64,000 bases of DNA, taken from NCBI RefSeq assembly GCF_009914755.1, contig NC_060940.1. One strand, 5' to 3'. This stretch comes from the human T2T-CHM13v2.0 reference genome, Homo sapiens. Of this stretch, positions 1-15,300 are shown in pieces. The first letter of the stretch is position 1, and every line of letters starts with the position of its first letter. A model generated the notes under the pieces. That model was given only the letters and a program-made list of their open reading frames with translations. It searched no databases and was not told the DNA's origin. The position numbers and the translations under genes were made by a program.

Positions 1-1051
1 CCTGACCTCAGTTCGAGTCCCAGCTCTGCCCGCCAGGAAATGTGGGAAAATTCTAGTCCACTCTGTGTCTCAGTTTTGTCATCCATAAGATGAGGTGATA
101 ACAGCTGCCCTTCCATTGGGGTGTTGTGAGGAAGGAGTAAGGGGATTCCTGCACAGCAGTGAATGCGGATGTGGTACATGGTAGGAAGGGGGCTGAGGGG
201 GATTTGGGGCTGTGGGGCTGCAAGAGAGGGAAGAAAGGAGGGACTGTCCCCCATCTGAGCTCTGCAGCGTCTCCCGAGGCCTTGGGTTCTGCAGGCACTG
301 CAGTCTCACCCACAGCCCTGAACGGGGCCAGTTATGAGTCCTTCTATACCCCGAAGCCATGCGAGCAGCAGCAGCCGGATGTGATGGGTGCAGCAGTGTC
401 CCGGAGTGTCCGGGTCAGTCTCTGATGATCCTCTGGGGCTGGGTGCTGGGCCTGGAGGCAGAGAAGCAGGATGAGTCCCTAGGGAGCCTATGATAGCCCC
501 ATCTGATCCCCTTGCAGCCCCCTTACACTCCCTGATCGCCAGGTCAGCTCTGAGTGGGCTGTCAGCTCACCCCCGTTTGGCTGTCTGGCGCAAGGCGGGC
601 TCCCCTCTAAGCCCCTTTGCTTACTGTTAAGGTAGGAAAAGCCTCTGAAGCCCAGAGAAGCGGTGCTCTAGTTGTGGAGCCCACATCCAGCTGTAGCAGT
701 GATGAGGGAGCATCCTGGAACCCTGGCCCACAGGGAAATCCCTGTCCCACCCGGGACTCTTAGAGGACTGATGGGGCATAGGCAGCCCCAGTCCCCAGAA
801 GAGCCCAGGGTGACCTGCCAGGGTCTCAGTTTCCTCCACTATGAGGAGAGGGTGGTTGGGCCTCTCTGTGGGTCACACCCAGCAGTGGAGGTGAAAAGCA
901 GATGTGGGGGGTATCAGTGGCCTAGAGGAGGGTAGGGGTGGGGGTTATGAGCCGGTGCTCTCAAAGGGAGCCTTGGCCTGGCAGTGGGTGGTGGCCTGGG
1001 TCTGGGTTTGGGGGCGGGAGGCTGCAGCTCAGCGTTTTCTCTGCGTTTCAG

Positions 1052-1103
1052 GTCTCCCATGAGTTTGCCATCAACTTCAACCCCACCAACCCCTTCTGCT
1101 CAG
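1052..1103 (+). CDS. CPNE2: Copine-2 internal coding exon (VSHEFAINFNPTNPFCS-G), vWA domain
   Basis: tttcag| acceptor and |gtgagt donor; 52 nt; copine-type peptide; phase 1 end matches the next exon. Confidence 0.95.
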
Positions 1104-1663
1104 GTGAGTGTCAGACCCACCTGCAGCTGCCCTGTGTTTGCTACGGGCCTGGCCAGCTCCCTGGGTGGAGGGAGGGCAGAGGACAGGTTTTCATTTCTTT
1201 CTCCTTTCCCCTCCCCCTTACTGTTGCTCAGAGTGACAGAGGGGGAAGAGCTGCAGTTTGGAGTCAGATAGTCCTGGATTCAAGGCCAGCTGCTGCCCTT
1301 CCTAGCTGTGGGACCTTGGAAAGGTCACTGTACCTCCTGGGCCTTTGCCTCCTTACCTGCTCCAGGATAACTATGACAGCTGCTCTTCTCACTTTACTGG
1401 GTGGTTCAGTGAGAATTACAGGAAGCCACTGACAGGAAGTCCTGTGTAAACCAGGAGGAGGTGAGGGTGGCACCAGACACACCTGCTTTCACCTCCTTCC
1501 CACCCGCCCCCTTGCTGGGAAGGCCAGCCCTGCTCTGGGAGTACTTGGCGGGGGATCAGGGGGAGGCAGGGGCTGGGAAGTGAGTATGGTGTCTGTGTTC
1601 ATCCCCACCCCTGGGCCTAAGAGGATTTCTGAGCCTCCTAGGGACAGTTAAGAAACTATTAGA

Positions 1664-2167
1664 GGCCGGATGCTGTGGCTCATGCCTGTAATCCCAGCAC
1701 TTTGGGAAGCTGAGGCAAGAGGAGCACTTGAGCCTAGGAGTTCAAGACCAGCCTGGGCAATAGAGGGAGACCCCATTTCTACAAATTAAAAAAATTACCC
1801 AGGCATGGTGGCATATGCCTGTGGTCCCAGCTACTCAGGAAGCTGAGGTGGGAGGAAAGAAAGAGAGATGGGGAGGGGAAGGGAGGGTCACACCTTTAAT
1901 CCCAGCACTTCGGAAGGCCAAGGTGGGTAGATCAGAGGTCAGGAGTTCAAGACCAGCCTGGCCAAGATTGTGAAACCCCGTCTGTACTAAAACTACAAAA
2001 ATTAGCCAGGCGTGGTGGTGCGCACCTGTAATCCCAGCTACTCAGGAAGCTGAGGCGGGAGAATCGCTTGAACCCAGGTGGCAGAGGTTGCAGTGAGCTG
2101 AGATCATGTCACTGCACTCCAGCCTGGGTAACAGAGTGAGACTCTGTCTCAAAAAAAAAAAAAAAAA
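1664..2167 (+). mobile_element. Truncated AluJ (1664-1857) followed by an AluS (about 1886-2167)
   Basis: Alu consensus motifs, polyA tail. Confidence 0.85.
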
Positions 2168-2385
2168 GGAAGGAGAAAAGAGAAAGAAAGGAAAGAGAGA
2201 GACAGAGAGAAAGGAAAGGAAAGGAAGGGAAGGGGAAGGGGAAGGGAGAAGGAGGGAGGGAAGGAGGAAGGAAGGAAGGAAAGGAGGAAGGGAGGGAGGA
2301 GGGGAGGGAGGGAGGAAGAAAGGAAGAAAGAAAGAAAAAGGAAGATGAAAGAAGGAAGGGAGGGATGGAGGAAGGGAGGAAGAAA
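2168..2385 (+). repeat. Purine-rich (GGAA/GAAA/GGGA)n low-complexity tract grown from an Alu tail
   Basis: About 220 bp almost entirely G/A. Confidence 0.9.
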
Positions 2386-2891
2386 ACTCTGAGTGGAGGA
2401 GAGGGGATGCAGGTGGGTATGGAAGAGGGCTGTTTCTATCATCATGAGACCTTTCCGCCTAGGACTTGGCTTCAACATAGCATCTACCTTCCCTGGGGAT
2501 CCCCAAAGCTGGGCCAGGCTGTCTGATTTGGGGTAGATCTCCAGAGACATTTCGGTCAATCAGCTTCATCCCTGGCCAGGCCTTCTGGGCAGGGCTACAG
2601 GGCAGTGTGCTCATAACAGCAGCTATTTACAGAGCGCCTACTCTGTACAGGCACTGTGCGAACGCCTTGATCCCCCAACCACGAACAGAAGCCATAGCAT
2701 GTCCAGAATGGACCTCCAGATGGCTTCCCATGGTCTCAAAGCATCACTGCAAGCTTCGCCAAGCCCCTTCTCTGGAAAGGCCTGAGAGACCCCCCTCCTG
2801 CCAACTGCCAGAGTGTAGATTATCAGTCCCATTGACAGACAAAGACGTAGCCTCAGAAAGATTAAACTACTTGCCCCAGGTCCCACAGCTA

Positions 2892-3293
<402 letters not shown>

Positions 3294-3369
3294 TCACAAG
3301 GCCTATGCTAGCCATGGCAGGGACATTTTGGGTAAGCATGAAATAGATGTTTCATCAGCAGTGAGATGA

Positions 3370-3645
<276 letters not shown>

Positions 3646-5244
3646 TAAATCCTAGTGGACACCTCTGGGCCTTGCTTTACCTTCACGTATTGTAAAAGTT
3701 GAGTCAAGCTCAACTTGATTGGTCCTGGCTTCCTGGAGCACAGACTGGAGAAAGCAAATCCATTCGTGCTGAGCAGGAAGCAGGGCTGTGATCAACGGGA
3801 GATGTCTCCCCAGGGCGAGGTACTGGTTATTCCCACAAGAGTAACAAGATGGAAAACTGGAGGCAGTGATCCCTGAGGCCCTAACGCTGACCCTTCTGAG
3901 CCACCTAGTTCCAATCAGAGCTGCCCCTGCCTTACACTGAGGGCTGCTGAACTGTCTGGCCCTGGCCCTACACTCAGCAACAAGCCTAGAGCCTCACTGG
4001 CCCGGCTGAGGCTGCCAAAGTAGCTGCGTGGCATCTGGAATATATGGTAAGCAGCCATCCCAGGCATCTGCAACCGTGGTCTCCCTTCCCTTCTCCCGCC
4101 CCCAGCTGCAGGCTGGCTCCCAGGCAGGCCCTACTGGCAGGGTCTGATGCCAGTGGTGGGGTCACCAAAGGTCACCTTGCCCACCTCCCCATTTCCACCA
4201 TGACCTGCCCTTGCCTCTCTCTGCAGTATGAGTTGAGAGGTCTTCTCCCCCTGCCCTAAGGGCAGTTATCTGATGTCCCTTCTGCCTTCTCCTGACCTTG
4301 GGGACCTGACTGACCTATGCCCTATGCATAGGACTTCTCAGCCCCTGACTCAGCCCTGCTCCTCACGCTCCAGCGCCGTGACGGGGAATCAGGCACCCAG
4401 CCCAGATGCTGGTCTGGGTTGAGGAGACTTGACTCCAATTCCTTTCTGGCCACTACCTCCTGGGAGACCTTGGCCAGCCCCCACCCCTTTCTCATCTTCC
4501 ACCTCCATTGAAAGAAGAGGGTTGCTGAAGTCACTTCTAGAGTGTTCACTTCACTAGACTCTAAAATATCCCAAATTCACCCACTTCCCCATGGCCACAG
4601 GTCTCTCAGTGGACCCTGCAGCTGCCTTCACCACTCCTCACACCACCAGTCCACAAGCTACCATTTGTTTCCCCCACTGGAGGGTCAGATCCAGCCGCTG
4701 CCCTGCCAAAAACCCTTCGCCATCAGATTGGATCCCCTGAGGCCAGCCTCTGCCTTCCTTACCGACCCGATCACTGACTGCACAGCCCTTTCCTTCTCTT
4801 AGGATGATTCTGCCACCTAACCCCCCGTGTGTTCCTCGAGCACTCCTAGCTGTTCCCCCGCAGGTCCTTCCTGGACTCTGCAAGGCCCTCCCTCAGGGCC
4901 TCCTCCCCCAAGCAGCCTTCCCTGACCACCTATATGAAGCAGATCTCTTGCCTTCTCTGCCTGTTCCTGGCTGACCCTGATGATGGTCGGCAACGTCTAG
5001 TTCACATCCTTCTCTCCGTGCCTGGTCCAGTGCCTGGGCTGTGCAGGCTCATCGTGCTCTGTGAATGGATGAAGTCAGCACTGGCTGAGGGATGTCAGTT
5101 GTACAAGCTCAGTCAGAGCCTCCTCCCCCAGGGAAAGGGACCTGGTCCCATGCCTAAGGGGACCATTGGGACCAGCCAAGGGAGGGAGGCACCTGGTCAC
5201 CAGGGAGGTGGCAGTTGACTTCCGGGAGGTGGTGGGAAAGATAG

Positions 5245-5986
5245 TGCAACTGCCCAGTGGGTTCACCTTGCCCGCTGCCTAGAAAGAATGATTTATCAAG
5301 ACAGGGGAACTGCAATGGAGAAAGAGTAATTCACACAGAGCCGGTTGTGCAGGAAACCGGACTTTTATTATTACTCAAATCAGTCTCCCCGAGCATTTGG
5401 GGATCAGAGTTTTTAAAGATAATTTGGCGAGTAGAAGCTTGGAAGGTGGGGAGTGCTGATTGGTCAGGCTGGAGATGGAATCATAGGGGGTCGAAGTGAG
5501 TTTTTCTTGCTGTCTGAAGTGAGTTTTTCTTGCTGTCTTCTGTTCCTGGGTGCAATGGCAGAACTGACTGAGCCAGATTACCAGTCTGGGTGGTGACAGC
5601 TGATCCATGGAGTGCAGGGTCTGCAAAATATCTCAAGCACTGATCTTAGGTTTCACAGTAGTGACATCCCCAATTTGGGGAGGTTCAGACTCTTGGAGCC
5701 AGAGGCTGCATGACTCCTAAACTGTAATTTCCAATCTGTAGCTGATTTGTTAGTCCTGCAAAGACATACTGGACCCCAGGCAAGAAGAGGGTCTTTTTGG
5801 GAATGGGCTGTTATCAGTTTGTTTCAGAGTCAAACCGTGAACTGAATCCCTTCCCAAAGTTAGTTTGGCCTACACCCAGGAATGAACAAGGACAGTTGAA
5901 GGGTTAGAAGCAAGATGGAGTCAGTTAGGTCTGATTTCTTTCGCTGTCATAATTTCCTCAGTTATAATTTTGCAAAGGCGGTTTCA
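5245..5986 (-). mobile_element. Solo ERV1 LTR, LTR8 family, in CPNE2 intron
   Basis: Minus strand starts TGAAACCGCCTTTGCAAAATTATAACTGAGGAAATTATGACAG (LTR8 5' end as recalled) and ends ...GGGCAGTTGCA; 4-bp TSD atag on both sides. Confidence 0.85.
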
Positions 5987-6378
5987 ATAGGAGCGGGGAG
6001 TGGCAGAGCCTGTTCTGATGGTTCAGGAGGCAGTAGAGGATCTGTGGGAAAAATGGGTACCCTGGAGTGGCGGGTGCCAGGGTTTGAATCCTGCCGCTGT
6101 CCCTTCCTCACTGTGTGACTTGGGCAAGTCATGTCACCTTAGTTTCCTCATTTGTACAGTGGGAAAACTAATAGGATCAATCAGGAGGAGGTAGTATTAG
6201 GATTAAATAAGATCACTCAGCACATGGCACCCAAAAAGACCTGAGGGACGGAGAAGGACAGGCCAGCAAAGCGCTCAGGGAAGAGTGGCCGGGGTAGAGG
6301 GAACAGGAAGCGCAGGGCGTGGAGGCAGCACCCGGCCAGAAGGAGCTCAGAGTGCCAGAAGGAGCTTCCCGGCCCTGA

Positions 6379-6761
<383 letters not shown>

Positions 6762-6849
6762 TGAAATGGGCGTAGTAAACCCCCAGTGTGCTGTGAGGAC
6801 CTGGGTGCAGGCTTAATGGGCAGTAACTGGGAAAGGCCTGGGAGGGATA

Positions 6850-7141
6850 TTTTTTTTTTGAGACAAAGTCTCATTCTGTTGCCCAGGCTGAAGTGCAGTG
6901 GCACAGTCTCAGCTCACTGCAATCTTCACCTCCTGGGTTCAAGCAATTCTCCTGACTCAACCTCCTGAGTAGCTGGGATTACAAGCACCTGCCACCACGC
7001 CGGGCTAATTTTTGTATTTTTAGTAGAGACAGAGTTTCACCATGTTGGCCGCACTGGTCTTAAACTTGTGACCTCAACTGATCTGCCCACCTCAGCCTCC
7101 CAAAGTGCTGGGATTACAGACCTGAGCCACGGCACCCGGCC
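6850..7141 (-). mobile_element. AluS followed by a polyT tract
   Basis: Reverse Alu consensus. Confidence 0.9.
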
Positions 7142-10100
7142 GGGATTTTTTTTTTTTTTTTTTTTTTTTAATTCCTGGGTTTGCTGGGCTAGAACTGGCT
7201 AGAGAGGGCACAGCAAGAGGCAGGCTTCACCTTGCACTCCCTCCTGTTCGGGTGCCAGGCCATTGTCCCACCCAGTCTTGTCCACCCTGAGCAGGCTTTC
7301 AAAGGGATAGAAAAAGAAAGTCTTGCATGTTTGTTTAAGGGGAAAAATGTGGGGCAGGGAGCGGGCGTGCAGCCCAGTGTTAGCGCCAGGGCCCTTTCAC
7401 AGCTGCACCTGCAGAGCTGGGGCAGGACTGGGCAGGAACCAGGGTCCTGGGGAGAGGTGGGTCTGTATCTGCTGGACCCAGGTCTGAGGGGGTTTGGGCC
7501 CCAGGAAAGGCCAGGAAGGGCATTTGTGTGTTCTGGGGAGCAGCTGCGGAGAGCTCCCCAGAGGGAAGAAGCAGAAGGACTTGAGGCCCAAGCACCTGGT
7601 GCTAGTCCTCTGGACATCCCAGCCACTTTTGCTGCGACTTGGTCCTCCCGGCCTGGGGGAGGCAGCCACCTCCTGGCTCCTTTCTGCTGGAAAAGCTCTG
7701 TCACCCACCCAGGCTGTGTGACCTCAGGGGATGTCTGAGCATCTCTAACCTGCAGGAGTGGGGCCAAGGGGCCTCTTATCAGGCTCTCCCACTCTGATGT
7801 CCAAGAACAGATAAGGCCATTCTCTACCTCCTGCCTTACCTTATCCCCTTGGCCTCAGGGTACACCAGTGGAGGGGAGGTGGGGCTGCCTGGTGGTTCAG
7901 CCTCAAGCTCTGGGAGGTTCAAATCCCAGCTCCCCCACTTCCTGACTTCGTGGGACCGAGAGCAGGTAGCTTAAACTCTGTGAACTTGTTTCCTCATCTG
8001 TGCGACGAGGATAATGGAAACAGTCCCTGCCTTCTAGAACTAGATAGGCATAGAAATTGCTCAGCATAGTGCCTGGCACACATAAAGTGCTTCCCTGCTG
8101 GCCGAATCTTTTGGGGACACCTCTTGAGCTAGCATTCAGTGATGCCAAGCACAATTAGTCCCAAAGCAAAAGGAAGTCATTTATGAATTATCCCCTGATG
8201 CTTTTGTCAGCCGTTTTTTAGTTTGGGGAAGAATATTTGGTGTGGCTTCACCCTCCCCATCCCCAGACATATGTGCACCGATGCACACCCACGTACAGGA
8301 AATTGAGAGCAGGTGGTGGAAGCCTCTCTCTAGGCAGGGCTGCACTCTCCCATTCATTCACTCAACACATCTTTACCAACCAACTTCTGTGTAGCACTGG
8401 GGAGACCATGATGAGTGACACAGGGCCTCTGCCCTCCCAGAGCCTGCAGTCTAGTGAGGAGCCCTAGGCCAGGAGCAGGAGGCAGGGAGACTAAGCCTGA
8501 GGCGATGGAAGCACGGGCTCACAGAGGTGGCATCCGACCCAGATGGAGGGCTCAGGAAAGGCTTTTTGGGAAAGTGACATGTGAGCTGAAACTTGGAGGA
8601 TGCTTGAGTTAGCCTCATAAAGGATGTGTGTGCGTGGAGTGTCTCAGGCGGAGGGAACGGCACGTGCCGAGGCCTGGAGGTTTGGTGTGTGGGTGTATCG
8701 GAAGGAAGGAATGTGTTGAAAGAGGAGGAGGTGGGGTGAGGTGAGGCTGAAAGGTAGGCCAGCTCCTGCGGGGCCTCGGAAGCCATTGAGGAACCTGGGT
8801 TTTCTCTGGAGGGCGGTGGGGAGCCACTGGAAGGTCTTATGCAGGTTTGAGTGAGCCTTGGGGGGACTCCTATCTCAGGCCTTCATCTTTCCCTCTGCCT
8901 TGGCCCCTGAGACCTGGGCCTTGCTATTCATGGCCCATTCCTGGTTGGTCACCCAGGTGTCTGGTGTCCCAGTGGAGGGGGAGCTGGGAAGCACCCAGCC
9001 AGCTCCCTGGGAATTCCACCCGCTCCCCTCGCAGGGTCCTCAGCTGCCAACTTCCCTGAAATGAGCTAGGGAGTAAGTGCAGCTTCCCTAGACTCTGCCT
9101 GGAACTGTTGTGGTCAAGTCAATTTCTTATAAATCAAATCAAACGTTAAATGCATTAGGGGAAGCAGTTGTTTACAGCCCTAGAAACCTGAAGAACCTCG
9201 GAGTAAAGGCAAGAGTTGCTTCATCCTTGTTGGGAGTTGGGTTTTTGGATTCAATCTGACAGTGATGGGCTGTTTCTGGAGGTGGGAATGCTGGGGACAG
9301 GGTGAATCAGGACCACCTGCAGGGACAAGAGAGCCTGCAGAGCCTCTTCCAACCCCTTGCACCCGATTCCACCCTCCGTTCTCTCCATCTACAGCCCCTT
9401 CCCCTTTGATCTGTCCTGGGGGTAGGGCTGTGTAATAGACGTTTGAGGCTCCTGAACAACTCTGGCTTTGTCCAGGCTGGGCGGGAAGCCGGGGACTTGT
9501 CAGCTGCACTTCCACTGCCGAGGTCTGGGCTGCTGACCTCAGGCGCAGCTGGGCACTTGCTGAGGCCAAGCCCCTGTGTGTGGGCATGGTGGCTGGTTGA
9601 TTGGCACATAGGGGTGCGGGTTAAAGTCCAGTACCAGGGCTCTGGGCCCCACCCTGGGCTGCTATCCTGGATATTCAGGCCCTCAGACACTGGCATGCTG
9701 GGTGGGAGGAAAGCTTTTCCCTGCCAGGCCCCTCTGTTGGAGACAATGACAGACCACTGGTGCCAGTGGGCGGTGGAGGAGGACATCATGTAAAGAGCCC
9801 CAGCTTCGGAGTCAGCCAGGCTGGGTTCAATCTGGACTGTGCCAGTTCCCGGCTGTGAGGCCTCAACAAGTTACATCACCTCTCTGAGCTCCACTCCTCT
9901 AGAATGGGAGTCAGCATGAGGGTGACAGGCAGGGTCTGTGTAGTGCTGTCACTGTGTGGTATCACCTCCTCTGGCCACTGGTGCCCACAGTCCTGCAGGA
10001 ACCTGGCCCTGTCTGCCCCCAGGCTCCCCAGGGAGGAGGGCTGCCAGCTAAGAGGTAGGCCCAGGCCTGAGCCCCACGCATCTCCTAGGCACGGGGGCTG

Positions 10101-10899
10101 ATAGAAACGAGGGAGCCAGGAGGGCCACGTGTGGAGGGAGTGGGCACTGCCTGCCTGAGCTGGAACGGGCTTGGAAACAGATCCCACCCACTGAAAGGTG
10201 TGGCCCATTAGACCAGGACCAAGCATTCTTTTCTTTCTTCATTGCCCGGCCTCTTAGTGTCTTTCTACCTATCTGCTTAGGTGTCCCAGAAATGTTGCCC
10301 TGGACTGTTTCTGATGGTATTGAGGTGGGGTTGGAGGGCCGCCTAAGGGAAGGGGCCCAGGAACAGTGGTGGGCTGTCAAGGGTAGGGTCTGGATGGGCT
10401 TCTGAGGCCCCTCACAGCCAGGGATGGGGGGCTGGCAACAGCAGCCCTCCACTGTGGGATTCAGGCCACCATCTCCATGGCAACAGGTATCCCCAGCCAA
10501 GGGATTGGTCTCTTAAAGGCACAGTGCTGGAGCTAGACCACTGCTGCCTGGAGCTGGGGGTGAGGGTGGTGGGGTCCGTGTCTCCACACAGCTCACCCTG
10601 CTCCTTCCCTCCACTGTTGTACTTGGGGGGCAGACAGGAACAAGGCACCCTGGAAGGCTGAGCTTGTAGCCTCTGCAACCTCCCCAGGGAACAAGTGGCT
10701 TTGCTGGATATGAAGGTGGCTAAGGGCTGACCTGGGGTCCAGCTTGGTTCCACCCTCCTTAGCTCCATGACCTTGACTAGTCTAGGCCCCAGTTTCCTCT
10801 TCTGGAAGACTAAAGCCCCAAACAGAGAATATGAAGACCACAAGAGCTGATCTGTTGATGTTACGGATGGGGGAAACTGAGCTTCCCCTAAAGGGGTCA

Positions 10900-11228
<329 letters not shown>

Positions 11229-12169
11229 AGTTCTTGGCCAATTTGGAATCCTGGGCCCTCACCCTCAGATGGTCCAATGAGCCTTCCTGCACTTCACTCA
11301 GGCACACCCCGGCCCCACTTCACAGTTTGTATTTTATATATCTCCCACACTAATTATTCAATTTTTAAAATTTAATTTATAAAGAAACTCTATATCCCAT
11401 TGTAAATGAAAAAAAGCAGTATCACTTGCCATAAATAGAGAGTAACAAAAATAAACACAACAAGCTGTACAATGGTATTAAAGCCTAGCTGGAGACTATT
11501 GTCTCCTCAAGCTCTGGGCTTCCTGCCTTCCCTTTCCGTTGATAAGGAAGCTTAGCAAATGTTAGAGAGACGTGAAAGACACAGTAGTACCAAACCAAGA
11601 CTTGCTCCTGGGTGCAGTTCATAGAATTGAAAGGCCACTGCAAACCAGTCCTCTTCCGGGGTGACTTGATGACTTGATGGTGCTCAGTGCTGTGTTTGGG
11701 ATGTGACTCAAATCCACTTATTTGTCAGCAGAGTCCCACACTCCTGGAAGCCCTGGCCCAGACGACCTGCTTTAGCTCCCGCAAGGTGTCTCAGATTGTC
11801 GTGTTGAGTAGGGAATGGAGGGGGTCACAGGTGCCCATGCCCAGGTGCAGCAGAGAGGGGGAGACCGGTCCCAGAGCAGCCCATCAGCCAGATGAGTCCC
11901 CCTGCGCCAGCCGTGGGCCTGTCGGGAATGCAGCTGACTGGGCCACTGCCACGTCAGGCACATTATCTGCAACAACTCCCACTTTGCAGATGAAGAAACT
12001 GAGGCACTACGAGTCAAGTCAGTTGCCTAGAGTCCCATAGTATAGCAACTGGCAAGGCCAGGCCCAGAGTCCAGGGCTCTCAGAGGCCCCAAGGGGGAGT
12101 CTAAGATAACACACAGGGCAGGAGGGGAGAGCAGTTTGTACTTCCTGCTGTGACCAGGTCAGAGTTTAG

Positions 12170-12646
<477 letters not shown>

Positions 12647-13779
12647 TAGCTCATAATCAAGCTTGAGAGTCTTGGGGTTGTCTGGCCCAATCCTAGACTT
12701 CTCCACTCCATTGACTATGCTCTTCTGAGGGCCTGCCATGTGCCAGGCGCCGTGCCAGGCCTTGCCCCGGTGGTGGCCATTGTGATAGTGTGAGCACTTG
12801 CTTCCACAAACTGATGGAACATGGAGCCGTGGGCATCTAGCCTGAGGCTCTGGGGCAGGGCTTCCTGGAGGACCTGCCCTCTAGTGGGGTCTGATGAGAG
12901 GCTGGGGCTATCCATGTGGTGTAAAGTGCAGGACGAGAGAGGGGTTTTCCTGATCATCACGCCCCAGCAAGCCCCCTCATTTTGTAGACGGAAAACAAGG
13001 CCTCCCAGTCATCTTAGGTTGACCTCCTCTCCCTAAAGCCCTCTGCCTGGGAGAATGGTGTCCCCAGCCTTGTTCCTGGAAGTGGCTCTGGCTTTATTTG
13101 CAGGTGATCCCAGATCTGCCCACAAGGAGGCCGGGGTTGGCCTCCTGATCACTGCCCTAGCAGCAGGGTCCATGAGGAGTCCCATAGGGGAGCAGTCTCT
13201 CCACTGTACCGCTGTACTGTAATGCCACCCCCATACTGCTGGCTGGGGGCTTAACCCAGCCTCAGCAAGAACTGCCCATGCTGGTTTGCACCCAGTGGCC
13301 CTCACCTCTCTTCCCAGCATCCTCTGGGGTTGCCTGCGATGGTTCTACTCCTTCCTCTGGAGCATTCGCTTCCTAAGGACAAACCCTGGGCATCGGTCAC
13401 CCCTTCATGCACAGGTCGGTGACCGAGTACCTCCATGTGCCTGGCCTGTGGCTGGCTGTTCACTAGTGAACCATACTGTCAGGCCCATTTATTCCCGCCA
13501 AGAAGGTGCTCAGGAGATGTTTGCCGGACACATAGGTGCTTCCCGCAGACGGAGTCATCCTAACCCGTTACTCCCAAGCATCTCAAGTGCTCCAGGTAAC
13601 ACTTACACCTAACCTAAAGGAAGGCACTGCGATCAGGGGGAATTTCAGGCCTGGCCTGGGCTGAGATGAGGGATGCCACTTGCAGACAGCCCTGGCCCGC
13701 AGCCCTAATTTTGTCCTCAATGGACACCTGCTGTAGCAGCCCTCTGGGCATAGTGCCGCTCACAACTTCCGGTCATTAA

Positions 13780-13932
<153 letters not shown>

Positions 13933-14218
13933 GCTCCAGTGCCCAGCAGCAGCATGTCAGCTGAGCCTCCTGCCCTCCCCCAGGAACATGCACGCTCACT
14001 CTGCTTCCTTGTGGGTGGCCTTTTTTTACCGATCCCCTTTTTTATTTTTTACAACCGGACCTCCACCCCCAACTTCCTCCAGCCCAGCTGGGCTTCCTTT
14101 GTTGGAGTCAACTGTTGATGCTTCCAGGCCAAACTGGCTTCCTCTCCTCCTCTCCCCACCTTTGCCATTCTTAAGTATTGAATGTACTTTGTATAATTTT
14201 AGTGGAATTGTTATTGAG

Positions 14219-14224
14219 AATAAA
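14219..14224 (+). terminator. CPNE2: CPNE2 polyadenylation signal AATAAA (3'UTR about 13933-14245)
   Basis: AATAAA after an AU-rich 3'UTR, with U-rich sequence downstream. Confidence 0.75.
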
Positions 14225-15028
14225 ATTTTTACAATCACAACTGGCTTTTTCCAAGTAACTAGCTGCAGACTCTGATGAAAGAAACATGTCCTTGGTGCAT
14301 ACGTGTCGTAGCCTGCACCTAATTAATTCCTGCTGTTTTTTTAATACTGTGACTGTGTTCTATTTGTTATATGCTCAGGGTAACAAATGAGTTTCAGACG
14401 TCCCTGCGTCAGCTCCTTCCTCAGCAGGGACCTGACGGGCTCACTGATCTAAGAAAGGAAATGGAAAATGAAAATCCACCCCACAAGTCTAATAAGTTGG
14501 TGTAGTCACTTCTGCATGGGGACATGCATTCCAGATGATAACCTGTTAAATCACTGCCAGTTAACAGTGATAACCTGTTAAACTGGCACAGAACCTGGCA
14601 CATTGTACAAACTCAATAAATATTCATGGGTGAATAGAATGAATGTGCAGGCCCATACCAGTTTCTGACATATCCCTACCCCACAACTGGACAGCAGTCC
14701 CAGCCACCCATCTGCTCCTCCTTGGGTCTCCCGGGTGTTTGGGTTGGCCACCTAGAGGTCTGTGAAAGCCTCTCTGGCCTCAGGACCCAAAATGGGGCTG
14801 CTTCTGACCCTGCTGTTTCTTCCACATCCCCCTCTCTAGGCTCAGGCCCAGTTTTATGAAACCAGCCAGAGGACCCCTCTCTGAAAGTTCAGCCCCGCTC
14901 CCAGGTCCCTCCTTTATTCCACATAACACCTCTTTCTCCTTTATCCACCTGACTCCCGCTTGGACCTCCAGGTAAGCCCCCTGGACACGGGCTTCCGTGT
15001 AACCAGTAACAGCTAACCCTCCTATTAA

Positions 15029-15300
<272 letters not shown>

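Noticed and set aside
2106-2559. K/E/R/G-rich and F/L/S/P-rich ORFs
   Set aside because: Translation of a purine-rich simple repeat
7189-7767. Overlapping 168-192 aa ORFs on both strands
   Set aside because: GC-rich intron, non-ATG starts, no recognisable domain or splice-consistent frame
14615-14620. Second AATAAA downstream of CPNE2
   Set aside because: Lies in an L2-type 3' end (ctcaataaatattc...tgaatgaatg-like); could be a minor site but is not supported here
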